Shown here one piece after another: positions 1 to 12,777 of a stretch of DNA of 32,000 nucleotides. How positions within the stretch are numbered: position 1 is the first letter of the stretch; every line of letters begins with the position of its first letter. The stretch lies in the NCBI RefSeq assembly GCF_052938775.1, contig NZ_CM129038.1, one strand, 5' to 3'. Made by a program: the position numbers and the translations under genes. Below the pieces are notes generated by a model. It saw nothing but the letters and a program-made list of their open reading frames with translations, had not been told where the DNA came from and made no database searches.

Positions 1-934
1 GGCTAACGGAACGACCTACGACAACGACGATAAGTAGCGCACCGGAAAGGGCGCTGGACACCTGATTTGGCACTCCTGCCATTTGCAAACCTTGTTGCAA
101 ATATCCCACTAATAAAACCGCAATGGCGGTGCCGATAATGGAACCGGAACCACCATAAATATTGGCACCGCCAAGCACCACGGCGGTGATGGCGGGCATC
201 AGAAACGACGCACCGAGATCGGAACGTGCTGAACCAAAATACGACACCAGCAGCACAGCGGCGACCGCAGACGCCAGCCCCGTCATGGCATAGAGCGCAC
301 ATAAGGTGCGGTTAACTGGAATCGCGCTATAAAGCGCCACGCGCGGGCTTTGCCCAATCAAAAACACATTACGTCCGGCATGGGTTTTATGCAGCCAGAG
401 CCAGAAAACGAGGAGACATATCAGGAAGATAATCAGCGGAACGGGGAGTCCCAGCACATCCAGGTTAGCGAAATCTGTAAACGCCATCGGGAATCCACCA
501 ATACCTTCGTACCCCGTCGCTCCGGCCATCCCGGAAAGCAGTAGGGCGCTTCCGGCAAACAGATACAGCGTGCCAAGCGTAATCACCAGCGGGTTAACTT
601 TGGTATAGATAATTAATCCGGCGTTGATCAGCCCGCACAATGCGCCGAGCAGTAAGGTCAGGAGAATCGCCAGCGGCATCGGCACACCACTTTGAAACAG
701 TACGCCCAATGCAATGGCGCAGAGGCCGATGGTCGAACCAAACGAAATATCGATCCCGCCACTGACAATCACCAGCGTCAGCGGTAGGGCGACAATGCCA
801 ATGCAGATAAAGTCACTGGTGCTGAACAGCAACATATTGAGATCTAACATTCGCGGGTTAATTGCACCAAATGCGACAATCTCAATAACGAGCAGTGCGG
901 CAAGAGCCAGTTCCCAACCGTAGCGAATACGCAT
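1..934 (-). CDS. lsrD: AI-2 ABC transporter permease LsrD (3' end cut by window edge)
   Basis: Absent from the ORF track because it runs off the window. The reverse complement from the ATG at 934..932 reads [20 protein letters not shown]. The same frame at the window edge reads ...[31 protein letters not shown] checked the frame at both ends only. There is a TAATG stop/start overlap with lsrC, and the lsrA-C-D order is kept. Confidence 0.9.
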   Translation of the reverse strand, partial: MRIRYGWELALAALLVIEIVAFGAINPRMLDLNMLLFSTSDFICIGIVALPLTLVIVSGGIDISFGSTIGLCAIALGVLFQSGVPMPLAILLTLLLGALCGLINAGLIIYTKVNPLVITLGTLYLFAGSALLLSGMAGATGYEGIGGFPMAFTDFANLDVLGLPVPLIIFLICLLVFWLWLHKTHAGRNVFLIGQSPRVALYSAIPVNRTLCALYAMTGLASAVAAVLLVSYFGSARSDLGASFLMPAITAVVLGGANIYGGSGSIIGTAIAVLLVGYLQQGLQMAGVPNQVSSALSGALLIVVVVGRSVS

Positions 935-1962
935 TATGCGGCCTCCCGTTTTTTACCTGACGAAGCGGGTTTAACGGATGGCGGTGGCGTCATAAAGCGG
1001 GCATATTTTTGCCGCCGTAGATTACGTTCCAGCGCACAACGCAGGCGTCCATCAAACACCAGCACCGCCAGCAGCACGAGGCCCGCGATAAAATCGTTCC
1101 ACCATGCCGGAATGCGCAACAGCACCAGTACGCTATCGATCTGCGTCAGGAACCATGCGCCGAGTACCGCACCGATGATCGCACCGGAACCGCCGAGCAA
1201 ACTAATGCCGCCCAGCACGCAGGCTGCAATTGCTTTCATCTCCAGCCCGGTACCGGTCTGGTTGGGGATAAAACCAATCTGCGAAGCAAACACAATTCCC
1301 GCCAGTGCCGCCATGCAGCCGTTCAACGAAAATGCCACAATGCGAATGGCTTCCGTACGAACACCCAGTTGACGAGCGCCCTGTAAATTATCGCCCGTGG
1401 CATAAAAACTGCGTCCAAACGCCGTCTTTGCCAGCAGCCAGGCCATAAATGCCACCAGAATTATCGTCAACCAACCAATCGCGGAAACGCCAAACAGCAG
1501 CGGTGCGGAGAGCTGTTTCAGTTCGGCGGGTAACCCTTCAATCCATTTACCGCCAGTCCACAGCAACATGATGCCTCTGTACAACCCTAACGTGCCAAGG
1601 GTGGCAACAATGGCAGGGATTTTTAGCCACGCGACCAGGACACCGTTGAAAAATCCCGCGAGCAAACCAAGCAGTAAAGTCGCGACACAAGCAACAGGTA
1701 GTGAATACCCCGCGTTCAGTAACATCCCCAACAGCACTGCGCACATTCCGGTAATCGAACCCACTGAAACATCAATATTGCGCGTAAGCATTACCAGCGT
1801 CGCGCCCATTGCCAGCAGGATCAGGATTTGCGCGCTGCTATAAACCATGGTCAGCGTTTGCACACTTAAATACTGGCGGTCGAGAAAACCGGGTAATGCA
1901 AACAGCAGCACCACCGCCAGCAGTGCCGTGATTTCACGGTTGTTCTGAATAAACTTCAGCAT
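934..1962 (-). CDS. lsrC: AI-2 ABC transporter permease LsrC
   Basis: 342-aa ORF, strongly hydrophobic and multi-TM, typical of a ribose-type ABC permease. It overlaps the lsrA stop (ATGCTGA) and the lsrD start. I recognise it as E. coli LsrC. Confidence 0.93.
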   Translation of the reverse strand: MLKFIQNNREITALLAVVLLFALPGFLDRQYLSVQTLTMVYSSAQILILLAMGATLVMLTRNIDVSVGSITGMCAVLLGMLLNAGYSLPVACVATLLLGLLAGFFNGVLVAWLKIPAIVATLGTLGLYRGIMLLWTGGKWIEGLPAELKQLSAPLLFGVSAIGWLTIILVAFMAWLLAKTAFGRSFYATGDNLQGARQLGVRTEAIRIVAFSLNGCMAALAGIVFASQIGFIPNQTGTGLEMKAIAACVLGGISLLGGSGAIIGAVLGAWFLTQIDSVLVLLRIPAWWNDFIAGLVLLAVLVFDGRLRCALERNLRRQKYARFMTPPPSVKPASSGKKREAA

Positions 1963-3491
1963 GATGCCTCCTGACGCTGACTATCGCCGAAGGCAACGCG
2001 CATAATAGTCTCGACATTAATATCGCGCCCGGTCAGTGCAGAGTGGGTAATTTCGCCCTGATGCATCACATACACACGATCTGTCATCAGTTCGATCTCT
2101 TCCAGATCAGAGGAGATAAGCAGCACAGCCACATTCTGTGCGGCGATGCTGCGCAACAGCTGGTAGATATCATTACGTGCCGAGACATCCACGCCGCGCG
2201 TAGGCTCATCGACAATCAATACTTGCGGCGAAGCTTCCAGGCATTTGGCAATGAGGATTTTTTGCTGGTTGCCACCGGATAATGTCCGTGCAGCTTGTTC
2301 CGGTTGGTTAAATTTAATATTCAGCGCCCGACGATAACGTTCCAGGGTGGCATTATCTTTCGCGGTTTTCGCCCAGAATCCACGAAGGTTATGAGTAAGG
2401 GCGCAGACGTTCCAGGCCAGCGAAGCATCGAGATTCAGTCCGGATGACTGGCGATCTTCCGGCAGATAAACCAGACCGCGCAGTAAACGTTCTCCAGTGG
2501 ATAATTTATTGATCTCTTTACCATTCAGCATAATGCGTCCGCCACGCAAAGTACGCAGACCATAGAGCGTCTCGGCCAGTTCTGTGCGTCCGGCTCCCAC
2601 CAGCCCAGCCAGGCCCAGAATTTCTCCGGCATTGAGCGTCAGGCTGACATTCCTGAAACCTTCGCCGGTCAGATTTTCCAGTGTCAGCACCGGCGTTCCG
2701 GCAGCATGTTGTGGGCGGTTACCAGGTAACTCCAGCCATAATTTTTGGCTGGCAGAGAGCGATTTTTCCCGTACCGCTGGGGTGATGGCCTGAATAATGT
2801 CGTCGGTAGACAGTTCGCTGGTTTTGCCGCTTAAGGCGATGGTTCCGTCGCGCATCACGCTAATTCGATCGGCAATCTGGCGAATTTCCGGCAGCTTATG
2901 CGAGATAAAAACAATACCCACGCCAGTAGCAAGCAGCTCTTGCAAGCGACTAAACAAGCGTTCGGTTTCCGCAGGGGTAAGCGAGGCGGTAGGTTCATCG
3001 AGGATCAGAATCCGCGAGTCGCGCATCAGCCCGCGGAGGATTTCCACCATTTGGCGATCGGCGACATCCAGCGATCCTGCCAGACTATGCAGATCAAACT
3101 GGCAGCCCAGCGCCGCCAGCAAGTTCTTCATTTTTTGCATGGAGAGCTGTTTTTTTGCCATCCCAAACAGGATGTTTTCTTTTATCGACAGGCTTGGGAA
3201 AAGCAGCGGTTCCTGGGGAACGAGATAAATGCCCAGCTGATGAGCATGAACTGGCGTTAATCTGGCGTAGTTGTTGCCCCCAATCTCCAGCGTACCGCTA
3301 TCAGCAGGGGTAATACCGGCAATAATCTTCATTAACGTCGATTTACCGGCACCATTGCCGCCGAGCAGGGCGTGGACCTCCCCCTGATGCAACGTAAAAT
3401 CGATGCCTTTCAGGACATTGACCCCTGAATACTGTTTATAAACCGAGCGGGCGCAAAGTAGCGGTAACGCGCGGGTATCACTCGTTTGCAT
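1956..3491 (-). CDS. lsrA: AI-2 ABC transporter ATP-binding protein LsrA (duplicated ABC domains)
   Basis: 511-aa ORF. It has two Walker A motifs ([18 protein letters not shown]), an LSGGNQQK signature, and Walker B motifs ILILDEPT and [17 protein letters not shown] lies upstream of the ATG at 3491. Confidence 0.95.
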   Translation of the reverse strand: MQTSDTRALPLLCARSVYKQYSGVNVLKGIDFTLHQGEVHALLGGNGAGKSTLMKIIAGITPADSGTLEIGGNNYARLTPVHAHQLGIYLVPQEPLLFPSLSIKENILFGMAKKQLSMQKMKNLLAALGCQFDLHSLAGSLDVADRQMVEILRGLMRDSRILILDEPTASLTPAETERLFSRLQELLATGVGIVFISHKLPEIRQIADRISVMRDGTIALSGKTSELSTDDIIQAITPAVREKSLSASQKLWLELPGNRPQHAAGTPVLTLENLTGEGFRNVSLTLNAGEILGLAGLVGAGRTELAETLYGLRTLRGGRIMLNGKEINKLSTGERLLRGLVYLPEDRQSSGLNLDASLAWNVCALTHNLRGFWAKTAKDNATLERYRRALNIKFNQPEQAARTLSGGNQQKILIAKCLEASPQVLIVDEPTRGVDVSARNDIYQLLRSIAAQNVAVLLISSDLEEIELMTDRVYVMHQGEITHSALTGRDINVETIMRVAFGDSQRQEASC

Positions 3492-3739
3492 ATTTCCCCC
3501 GTTCAGTTTTGCAGGTGAGTTTTGAACAAATGTATTTCTGCTTTTAATTTGTTCATAACCTTAGGTGGACATTGCACATATTTCCGACGAATAGATCACA
3601 ATTTATGCTATTTTGATTTTCACGGTTGCGTTTGTTCATGCTCGTAGAGTCAAACTGTGGCTGCCATCACAGATATAAATGCGCAAGAACTGAACAATTG
3701 CATTAAAGATTTAAATATGTTCAAAGTGAAGAATGAATT
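3492..3739. promoter_or_regulatory. Divergent lsrA / lsrR control region with two TGAACA-N21-TGTTCA inverted repeats
   Basis: 248-bp AT-rich intergenic region between divergent genes. One inverted repeat is TGAACAAAT (3523-3531) / ATTTGTTCA (3547-3555), next to lsrA. The other is TGAACA (3691-3696) / TGTTCA (3718-3723), next to lsrR. Both have 21 bp between the hexamers. This is consistent with LsrR operator boxes. I could not pinpoint a CRP site. Confidence 0.6.
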
Positions 3740-4693
3740 ATGACAATCAACGATTCGGCAATTTCAGAACAGGGAATGTGTGAAGAAGAACAGGTCGCGC
3801 GGATCGCGTGGTTTTACTATCACGACGGGCTGACCCAGAGCGAGATCAGCGATCGTCTCGGCCTGACCCGTTTGAAAGTGTCGCGCTTGCTGGAGAAAGG
3901 GCATCAGTCCGGCATTATTCGCGTACAGATTAATTCTCGCTTTGAAGGCTGTCTGGAATATGAAACTCAATTACGTCGTCAGTTTTCGCTGCAACATGTC
4001 CGGGTGATCCCTGGGCTTGCGGATGCTGATGTCGGCGGGCGACTGGGGATAGGCGCGGCGCATATGTTGATGAGTTTACTTCAACCACAACAGATGCTGG
4101 CGATTGGTTTTGGCGAGGCAACCATGAATACGCTGCAACGCTTAAGTGGTTTTATTTCGTCACAGCAAATTCGCCTGGTCACGCTCTCCGGTGGCGTCGG
4201 TTCTTATATGACGGGTATCGGGCAGCTTAACGCGGCGTGCAGTGTGAATATTATTCCGGCTCCGTTGCGGGCATCCTCCGCTGACATTGCCCGTACGCTA
4301 AAAAATGAAAATTGCGTCAAAGATGTTCTGTTAGCCGCGCAAGCAGCCGATGTGGCGATTGTCGGCATTGGGGCCGTCAGTCAACAGGACGACACGACGA
4401 TCATTCGCTCCGGTTATATCAGCCAGGGCGAACAGTTAATGATTGGTCGAAAAGGGGCGGTTGGCGACATTTTAGGCTACTTTTTTGATGCAAAAGGTGA
4501 CGTTGTCACGGATATTAAAATACATAACGAACTGATTGGCTTACCTTTAAGCTCGCTGAAGACCATACCCGTCCGGGTTGGCGTGGCAGGGGGAGAAAAT
4601 AAAGCCGAAGCAATTGCCGCTGCAATGAAAGGCGGTTATATCAACGCACTGGTTACCGATCAGGACACAGCAGCGGCGATTTTACGTAGTTAA
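3740..4693 (+). CDS. lsrR: SorC-family transcriptional repressor LsrR
   Basis: 317-aa ORF with an N-terminal HTH ([21 protein letters not shown]) and a C-terminal sugar-phosphate-binding SorC/DeoR-type domain. It is divergent from lsrA. I recognise it as E. coli LsrR. Confidence 0.95.
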   Translation: MTINDSAISEQGMCEEEQVARIAWFYYHDGLTQSEISDRLGLTRLKVSRLLEKGHQSGIIRVQINSRFEGCLEYETQLRRQFSLQHVRVIPGLADADVGGRLGIGAAHMLMSLLQPQQMLAIGFGEATMNTLQRLSGFISSQQIRLVTLSGGVGSYMTGIGQLNAACSVNIIPAPLRASSADIARTLKNENCVKDVLLAAQAADVAIVGIGAVSQQDDTTIIRSGYISQGEQLMIGRKGAVGDILGYFFDAKGDVVTDIKIHNELIGLPLSSLKTIPVRVGVAGGENKAEAIAAAMKGGYINALVTDQDTAAAILRS

Positions 4694-4771
4694 ATTTGCA
4701 TGACCTTATTACCGGGAATGATGGAGAACGTATAGAGGAACAGACAGAACGCATAAGCCGAGGATAATCTA

Positions 4772-6364
4772 ATGGCTCGACTCTTTACCCCTTCAGAATC
4801 AAAATATTACCTGATGGCGCTGGATGCAGGTACCGGAAGTATTCGGGCTGTGATATTCGACCTGGAAGGCAATCAAATAGCAGTGGGACAGGCGGAGTGG
4901 CGGCACCTGGCAGTACCGGACGTTCCTGGTTCTATGGAATTTGATCTCAACAAAAACTGGCAACTGGCGTGTGAGTGTATGCGCCAGGCGCTGCACAACG
5001 CCGGCATAGCCCCGGAGTATATCGCTGCCGTTTCGGCATGTTCGATGCGTGAAGGCATTGTTTTATATAATAATGAAGGAGCCCCGATCTGGGCCTGCGC
5101 CAATGTGGATGCCAGAGCGGCACGCGAAGTTAGCGAACTTAAAGAACTGCACAACAATACCTTTGAAAACGAAGTTTATCGCGCGACCGGACAAACACTG
5201 GCTTTAAGTGCCATCCCCAGATTACTTTGGCTGGCGCACCATCGTTCCGATATTTACCGTCAGGCATCAACCATCACCATGATCAGCGACTGGCTGGCCT
5301 ATATGCTCAGCGGCGAACTGGCGGTGGATCCCTCTAACGCTGGCACCACGGGACTTCTTGATCTAACCACCCGTGACTGGAAACCTGCATTGCTGGATAT
5401 GGCTGGCCTACGTGCCGATATTCTTTCTCCTGTCAAAGAAACCGGCACATTGCTGGGCGTGGTAAGTTCACAAGCGGCGGAACTCTGCGGTCTGAAGGCG
5501 GGCACTCCGGTGGTCGTTGGAGGAGGCGACGTGCAGCTTGGTTGCCTTGGGTTAGGCGTTGTGCGTCCGGCACAAACCGCGGTTCTTGGCGGCACATTCT
5601 GGCAGCAAGTTGTAAATTTAGCCGCGCCGGTGACAGACCCAGAAATGAACGTGCGCGTTAATCCTCATGTTATTCCTGGCATGGTACAAGCTGAATCTAT
5701 AAGCTTTTTTACCGGACTCACCATGCGCTGGTTCCGCGATGCTTTCTGTGCCGAAGAAAAACTGATTGCCGAACGTTTAGGCATCGACACCTATACGCTG
5801 CTGGAAGAGATGGCCAGTCGGGTGCCGCCTGGGTCGTGGGGCGTAATGCCGATCTTCTCCGACAGAATGCGCTTTAAAACCTGGTATCACGCTGCGCCTT
5901 CCTTTATTAACTTGTCCATTGACCCGGATAAATGTAACAAAGCGACATTGTTCCGTGCGCTGGAAGAAAATGCGGCGATTGTATCAGCGTGTAACTTGCA
6001 GCAAATTGCTGATTTCTCGAATATTCATCCTTCATCGTTAGTCTTTGCAGGCGGAGGTTCAAAAGGGAAATTATGGAGTCAAATTCTCGCTGATGTCTCG
6101 GGATTACCCGTCAATATTCCGGTGGTCAAAGAAGCCACTGCATTAGGATGTGCCATTGCAGCTGGCGTCGGTGCCGGAATTTTTTCATCAATGGCAGAAA
6201 CCGGAGAACGCCTGGTTCGCTGGGAACGGACGCACACACCAGACCCGGAAAAGCATGAACTTTATCAGGATTCACGCGATAAGTGGCAGGCAGTTTATCA
6301 GGATCAGCTGGGGCTGGTTGATCATGGACTGACGACGTCGTTATGGAAAGCGCCTGGGTTATAG
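4772..6364 (+). CDS. lsrK: Autoinducer-2 kinase LsrK (FGGY carbohydrate kinase family)
   Basis: 530-aa ORF with an FGGY-type N-terminus ([18 protein letters not shown]) and C-terminal [14 protein letters not shown] motifs. It lies directly downstream of lsrR. Confidence 0.95.
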   Translation: MARLFTPSESKYYLMALDAGTGSIRAVIFDLEGNQIAVGQAEWRHLAVPDVPGSMEFDLNKNWQLACECMRQALHNAGIAPEYIAAVSACSMREGIVLYNNEGAPIWACANVDARAAREVSELKELHNNTFENEVYRATGQTLALSAIPRLLWLAHHRSDIYRQASTITMISDWLAYMLSGELAVDPSNAGTTGLLDLTTRDWKPALLDMAGLRADILSPVKETGTLLGVVSSQAAELCGLKAGTPVVVGGGDVQLGCLGLGVVRPAQTAVLGGTFWQQVVNLAAPVTDPEMNVRVNPHVIPGMVQAESISFFTGLTMRWFRDAFCAEEKLIAERLGIDTYTLLEEMASRVPPGSWGVMPIFSDRMRFKTWYHAAPSFINLSIDPDKCNKATLFRALEENAAIVSACNLQQIADFSNIHPSSLVFAGGGSKGKLWSQILADVSGLPVNIPVVKEATALGCAIAAGVGAGIFSSMAETGERLVRWERTHTPDPEKHELYQDSRDKWQAVYQDQLGLVDHGLTTSLWKAPGL

Positions 6365-6372
6365 TTTCATTG

Positions 6373-6408
6373 ACAGCCACATCATGATGACCGTGGCTGT
6401 TAGTTTTT
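6373..6408 (+). terminator. Rho-independent terminator after lsrK
   Basis: Stem ACAGCCAC (6373-6380) / GTGGCTGT (6393-6400), followed by TAGTTTTT. Confidence 0.6.
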
Positions 6409-6894
6409 GAGTATAGTTATTCTTATTTCCCTTCTTTTAGAGCTGGCTTGTTAAAAGCCAGCTTGCAGATTCATCGTTCCATCACCAGTACTATATTCAA
6501 GGGAAAATTGCTATTTTTCTTAAAGCATTAAGCACAACCCTTATTTTATGGCGAATATTCCTAAAGACACTAATGGATGCAAAAGGGGTTTAATAAACTT
6601 CGATTTTTAGCAATTAGTGCTATTCTTTGTTAAATATGATGATGATAATTTTCCTATTGAAAGAAACAGTTTTCTTATTAAGCAACAATAACTCATAGTT
6701 CATGTTTAAATAAAATAAGAACTATGCAATTTTTAATCTATCAATTCGAAAGCATTAGCAAATTAGCCAAATTGACACCTTCCCACCTCCAACTAACACT
6801 CAATACAGACCTCTGACAATTTAATAAGTTTCATTTTTAATGTCTGACGACTCATCTCTTTCGTGGCTGTATTGTTTGTATATGGAGCGTTTAT

Positions 6895-9800
6895 ATGAAT
6901 AGAATCTATCGCGTGATATGGAATTGCACTCTACAGGTATTTCAGGCCTGCTCGGAATTAACTCGCAGGGCAGGTAAAACATCGACGGTTAATTTGCGTA
7001 AATCCTCTGGACTGACAACGAAATTCAGTAGATTGACGCTGGGTGTTTTGCTGGCACTAAGCGGTTCAGCGTCTGGTGCAAGTCTGGAAGTTGATAATGT
7101 TCAGATTACCAATATTGATACTGATGTTGCTTATGATGCCTACCTGGTTGGCTGGTATGGCACTGGAGTGCTTAATATTTTGGCTGGCGAACCACTATTA
7201 CTACCAGCGTCATTGGCGCTAATGAGGACTCAGAGGGCACCGTTAATGTTTTGGGTGGCACCTGGCGATTGTATGATAGCGGAAATAATGCAAGGCCTTT
7301 AAATGTGGGTCAATCCGGAACGGGGACGCTGAATATTAAACAGAAGGGTCACGTCGATGGAGGCTATTTAAGATTAGGTTCTTCGACAGGAGGCGTCGGG
7401 ACGGTCAATGTTGAGGGAGAGGACTCTGTTCTGACGACCGAATTATTCGAAATAGGGAGTTACGGTACGGGCTCATTAAATATTACGGATAAGGGTTACG
7501 TCACGAGTTCAATCGTCGCCATTTTAGGCTATCAGGCGGGCAGTAATGGCCAGGTTGTCGTTGAAAAGGGTGGCGAGTGGCTAATAAAAAATAACGATTC
7601 CTCAATTGAATTTCAAATTGGTAATCAAGGGATGGGGGAAGCGACTATTCGCGAGGGGGGGCTGGTTACGGCTGAAAATACGATTATCGGTGGCAATGCC
7701 ACCGGTGTCGGAACCCTGAATGTGCAGGATCAAGACTCTGTCATCACGGTACGCAGACTCTATAATGGATATTTCGGTAATGGCGCAGTCAATATTTCCA
7801 ATAATGGACTAATTAATAACAAAGAATATTCATTGGTGGGCGTTGAAGACGGTTCCCACGGTGTCGTCAACGTGACCGATAAAGGGCATTGGAGTTTCCT
7901 CGGAACAGGCGAAGCTTTCCGCTATATCTATATCGGTGATGCTGGTGACGGTGAACTTAATGTCTCGCGTGAAGGTAAAGTAGATTCGGGAATTATCACT
8001 GCGGGGATGAAAGAAACAGGCACAGGCAACATTACTGTTAAGGATAAGAACTCCGTTATCACTAATCTCGGAACTAATCTTGGTTATGACGGCCACGGCG
8101 AAATGAATATCAGTAATGAGGGGCTTGTTGTCAGCAACGGAGGAAGCTCACTCGGTTATGGAGAAAACGGCGTCGGGAATGTCAGCATCACCACGGGGGG
8201 GATGTGGGAGGTCAATAAGAATGTCTATACCACCATTGGTGTTGCGGGCGTCGGAAACCTCAATATTAGCGATGGCGGTAAGTTTGTATCGCAAAATATT
8301 ACTTTTTTGGGCGATAAAGCAAGCGGTATCGGCACACTGAACCTGATGGATGGGACATCATCGTTCGATACTGTGGGTATCAATGTCGGTAATTTTGGTA
8401 GCGGTATCGTAAATGTCAGTAATGGTGCCACCCTTAATTCAACGGGCTATGGATTTATCGGAGGAAATGCCTCCGGTAAAGGGATAGTTAATATTTCAAC
8501 GGATAGTCTCTGGAATTTAAAGACATCATCTACTAACGCCCAATTGCTACAGGTCGGTGTATTAGGCACGGGTGAACTGAATATTACCACCGGAGGTATA
8601 GTTAAAGCGCGTGATACACAGATAGCTCTCAATGACAAAAGTAAGGGCGACGTGAGGGTGGATGGGCAGAACTCTCTTCTTGAAACATTCAATATGTACG
8701 TAGGGACATCTGGTACGGGTACGTTAACCCTGACGAATAGCGGCACGCTGAATGTCGAAGGTGGAGAAGTTTACTTAGGTGTTTTTGAACCTGCTGTAGG
8801 AACGCTAAACATTGGTGCAGCTCACGGTGAGGCGGCGGCAGATGCCGGGTATATAACCAACGCGACGAAAGTAGAGTTTGGTTCTGGCGAAGGTGTTTTT
8901 GTCTTTAATCATACTAATAACAGTGATGCCGGCTACCAGGTCGATATGCTGATTACGGGTGACGATAAAGACGGAAAAGTGATCCATGATGCAGGCCATA
9001 CGGTGTTCAATGCAGGGAATACTTATAGCGGTAAAACGCTGGTCAATGACGGCCTCCTGACCATTGCGTCTCATACGGCAGATGGGGTAACGGGCATGGG
9101 TTCGAGTGAAGTCACCATTGCAAGCCCCGGTACGCTCGACATTCTCGCATCAACGAACAGTGCAGGAGATTACACGCTGACCAATGCGCTCAAAGGCGAT
9201 GGTTTGATGCGAGTGCAGCTGTCATCCTCCGACAAGATGTTTGGCTTTACCCATGCAACAGGGACTGAATTCGCCGGTGTTGCCCAACTGAAAGACAGTA
9301 CCTTCACTCTGGAACGCGACAACACCGCTGCGCTTACTCACGCGATGTTGCAGTCTGACAGTGAAAATACCACATCGGTAAAAGTGGGAGAGCAATCCAT
9401 TGGTGGACTGGCCATGAATGGCGGTACGCTCATTTTCGATACGGATATTCCTGCTGCGACGCTTGCAGAGGGATATATCAGCGTCGATACGCTGGTTGTC
9501 GGCGCGGGTGACTACACCTGGAAAGGCCGTAACTATCAGGTAAACGGGACGGGCGACGTGCTTATCGACGTGCCTAAACCGTGGAATGATCCCATGGCGA
9601 ATAACCCTCTGACGACGCTCAATTTGCTGGAACACGACGATAGCCATGTCGGCGTTCAACTGGTGAAGGCGCAAACGGTTATTGGGTCGGGTGGCTCATT
9701 AACGTTACGTGATTTACAGGGCGACGAGGTGGAAGCGGACAAAACGTTACACATTGCGCAAAACGGAACGGTGGTCGCCGAGGGTGATTATGGATTCCGC

Positions 9801-12302
9801 CTCACGACCGCACCAGGTGATGGTTTGTACGTTAACTATGGGCTGAAAGCGCTGAACATCCATGGTGGGCAAAAGCTGACGTTAGCCGAACATGGCGGAG
9901 CCTATGGCGCAACGGCCGATATGTCGGCAAAAATCGGTGGTGAAGGGGATCTGGCAATCAATACGGTGCGACAGGTTTCGCTTTCCAACGGTCAGAACGA
10001 CTATCAGGGGGCAACCTACGTTCAGATGGGGACATTACGTACCGATGCGGATGGTGCACTTGGCAACACCCGGGAACTGAACATCAGCAACGCGGCCATC
10101 GTCGATCTTAATGGATCGACGCAGACGGTAGAGACATTCACGGGGCAGATGGGTTCGACTGTTTTGTTCAAAGAGGGGGCGCTGACGGTAAATAAAGGTG
10201 GGATCAGTCAGGGTGAACTGACAGGTGGCGGAAACCTGAATGTTACAGGGGGAACGCTGGCTATCGAGGGGCTTAATGCACGCTACAATGCGTTAACCAG
10301 CATTAGCCCAAATGCGGAAGTCAGCCTCGATAATACTCAGGGGTTAGGCAGAGGAAATATTGCCAATGACGGTCTGTTAACGCTAAAAAACGTGACTGGC
10401 GAACTGCGTAATAGCATAAGCGGGAAGGGTATCGTGAGCGCAACCGCCAGGACAGATGTAGAGCTGGATGGCGATAATAGCCGCTTTGTGGGGCAATTCA
10501 ACATTGATACAGGCAGCGCGCTCAGCGTCAACGAGCAGAAAAACCTGGGTGATGCTTCCGTTATCAATAATGGCCTGCTCACCATCTCCACTGAGCGTAG
10601 CTGGGCGATGACGCACAGTATCAGCGGTAGCGGTGATGTGACAAAACTGGGTACCGGGATCCTGACTCTTAACAACGATTCCGCGGCGTATCAGGGTACG
10701 ACGGATATCGTGGGGGGGGAAATTGCTTTCGGTTCCGACTCTGCCATTAATATGGCAAGTCAACACATTAATATCCATAACAGCGGTGTGATGTCGGGAA
10801 ATGTCACCACTGCAGGTGATGTGAACGTTATGCCTGGGGGGACACTGCGTGTCGCTAAAACCACAATCGGCGGCAACCTGGAGAATGGCGGCACGGTTCA
10901 AATGAATAGCGAAGGGGGGAAACCGGGGAATGTACTGACCGTTAACGGCAACTATACCGGAAACAATGGCCTGATGACGTTCAACGCGACGCTGGGCGGC
11001 GATAATTCGCCCACCGATAAAATGAACGTGAAAGGCGATACCCAAGGGAACACTCGCGTTCGGGTTGATAACATTGGCGGCGTCGGTGCACAAACGGTCA
11101 ACGGTATTGAACTCATTGAGGTTGGCGGTAATTCTGCAGGTAACTTCGCGCTGACCACCGGAACTGTCGAAGCTGGGGCTTACGTCTACACGCTGGCTAA
11201 AGGGAAGGGGAATGACGAGAAAAACTGGTATCTGACCAGTAAATGGGACGGCGTAACGCCAGCGGATACACCCGATCCCATCAATAATCCCCCTGTTGTG
11301 GATCCGGAAGGCCCATCAGTTTATCGCCCGGAGGCCGGAAGCTATATCAGCAACATTGCCGCAGCCAACTCGCTGTTTAGCCATCGTTTACACGACCGTC
11401 TGGGTGAGCCGCAGTATACAGATTCACTGCATTCTCAGGGGTCGGCAAGCAGTATGTGGATGCGTCATGTCGGAGGGCACGAACGTTCAAGGGCCGGTGA
11501 CGGTCAGCTAAATACTCAGGCTAACCGCTATGTATTGCAGCTAGGCGGCGATTTGGCGCAGTGGAGTAGCAACGCGCAGGATCGCTGGCATCTTGGCGTG
11601 ATGGCAGGTTACGCTAATCAGCACAGTAATACTCAGAGTAATCGTGTGGGTTATAAATCGGATGGGCGCATCAGCGGTTACAGCGCTGGGCTGTACGCGA
11701 CCTGGTATCAGAACGATGCGAATAAGACCGGCGCTTATGTTGACAGCTGGGCGCTGTATAACTGGTTTGATAACAGCGTCAGTTCCGATAACCGTTCTGC
11801 TGACGACTATGATTCTCGCGGTGTGACGGCCTCTGTTGAGGGTGGGTATACCTTTGAAGCGGGAACATTTAGCGGCAGCGAAGGGACGCTGAATACCTGG
11901 TACGTCCAGCCACAGGCGCAAATCACCTGGATGGGTGTGAAAGATTCCGACCATACCCGGAAAGACGGAACGCGCATTGAAACGGAAGGCGACGGAAATG
12001 TGCAAACGCGACTTGGGGTGAAAACCTACCTGAACAGCCATCACCAGCGTGACGATGGTAAACAGCGTGAGTTCCAGCCTTACATTGAAGCGAATTGGAT
12101 CAACAACAGCAAAGTCTACGCCGTGAAGATGAATGGTCAAACCGTAGGCCGTGAAGGTGCGCGTAATCTCGGTGAAGTACGTACCGGGGTTGAGGCGAAA
12201 GTAAATAACAACCTTAGCCTGTGGGGGAATGTCGGTGTGCAACTAGGTGATAAAGGCTATAGCGATACTCAGGGCATGCTGGGAGTGAAATATAGCTGGT
12301 AA
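6895..12302 (+). pseudogene. yneO: AIDA-I/Ag43-type autotransporter adhesin, disrupted by an early frameshift
   Basis: ORF 6895..7302 carries an extended autotransporter signal peptide (MNRIYRVIWNCTLQVFQACSELTRR...LALSGSASGASLEV). The 1683-aa ORF 7251..12302, in another frame, carries the passenger repeats (GTGTLNI.., GVGNLNISDGG..) and a C-terminal beta-barrel ending GVKYSW. The second frame is open from 7176 and reads ...TTITTSVIGANEDSEGTVNVLGGTW, so roughly a 1-nt indel lies near 7186-7195. Confidence 0.8.
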
Positions 12303-12309
12303 ACCGTAT

Positions 12310-12338
12310 AAGCCGCATGTCGAGATGGCATGCGGCTT
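12310..12338 (+). terminator. Hairpin terminator after the autotransporter gene
   Basis: AAGCCGCATG (12310-12319) / CATGCGGCTT (12329-12338), 8 nt after the stop codon. The T-tract is weak. Confidence 0.5.
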
Positions 12339-12375
12339 AATATTGCCGACTTCAAAGGCTTTAAAGCCTCCCTTT

Positions 12376-12489
12376 TATCCGCGATCGCGGATATCGCAGC
12401 GTTTATCCCGTACAGCGGATAAGATGTGTTTCCAGATTGACTTTATCCTCACTAAAGGATAAAACTGATAATATCCCCTTAAGCGGATA
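12376..12489. promoter_or_regulatory. hipBA promoter region with four HipB operators (TATCC-N8-GGATA)
   Basis: Exact TATCC-N8-GGATA palindromes at 12376-12393, 12404-12421, 12444-12461 and 12472-12489. A TTGACT -35-like hexamer lies at 12437-12442. Confidence 0.9.
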
Positions 12490-12510
12490 AATTTGCTGTG
12501 GACGTATGAC

Positions 12511-12777
12511 ATGATGAGCTTTCAGAAGATCTATAGCCCAACGCAATTAGCGAATGCAATGAAACTGGTTCGCCAGCAAAATGGCTGGACGCAGAGCGAG
12601 CTGGCGAAAAAAATTGGCATTAAGCAGGCGACAATTTCCAATTTCGAAAACAACCCTGACAATACCACGCTCACGACATTTTTTAAGATTTTACAGTCGC
12701 TTGAACTCTCAATGACACTATGCGACACGAAAAATGCCTCGCCAGAATCAACAGAACAGCAAGATCTGGAGTGGTAA
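12511..12777 (+). CDS. hipB: Antitoxin / Xre-family HTH repressor HipB
   Basis: 88 aa from ATG 12511 (MMSFQKIYSPTQLANAMKLVRQQNGWTQSELAKKIG...). The ORF-track start at 12493 is an upstream TTG extension. There is a TAATG overlap with hipA. Confidence 0.95.
   Translation: MMSFQKIYSPTQLANAMKLVRQQNGWTQSELAKKIGIKQATISNFENNPDNTTLTTFFKILQSLELSMTLCDTKNASPESTEQQDLEW

Noticed and set aside
3-302. 99-aa minus-strand ORF at the left edge
   Set aside because: It is in the wrong frame inside lsrD. The translation is Arg/Cys/His-rich nonsense, whereas the lsrD frame gives the recognisable permease C-terminus.
2797-3260. 143-aa and 120-aa plus-strand ORFs, and other small ORFs at 2043-2793
   Set aside because: They are antisense to, and embedded in, the well-supported lsrA gene. 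They have no SD and a biased Arg/Ser composition typical of shadow ORFs.
3585-3600. A possible CRP site ending in GATCACA in the lsr control region
   Set aside because: Only the right half-site resembles TCACA. The left half (CGACG) matches TGTGA at 1 of 5 positions, so I cannot support a call.
7830-12242. Multiple minus-strand ORFs, including 10383..11093 (236 aa) and 11541..12242 (233 aa)
   Set aside because: They are antisense shadows of the repetitive autotransporter passenger and barrel coding sequence. They have no independent signals.
12493-12776. Upstream-extended starts for hipB (12493, TTG) and hipA (12720)
   Set aside because: The known proteins start at MMSFQK (12511) and MPKLVT (12777). 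The extensions overlap operator DNA and the hipB coding sequence respectively.
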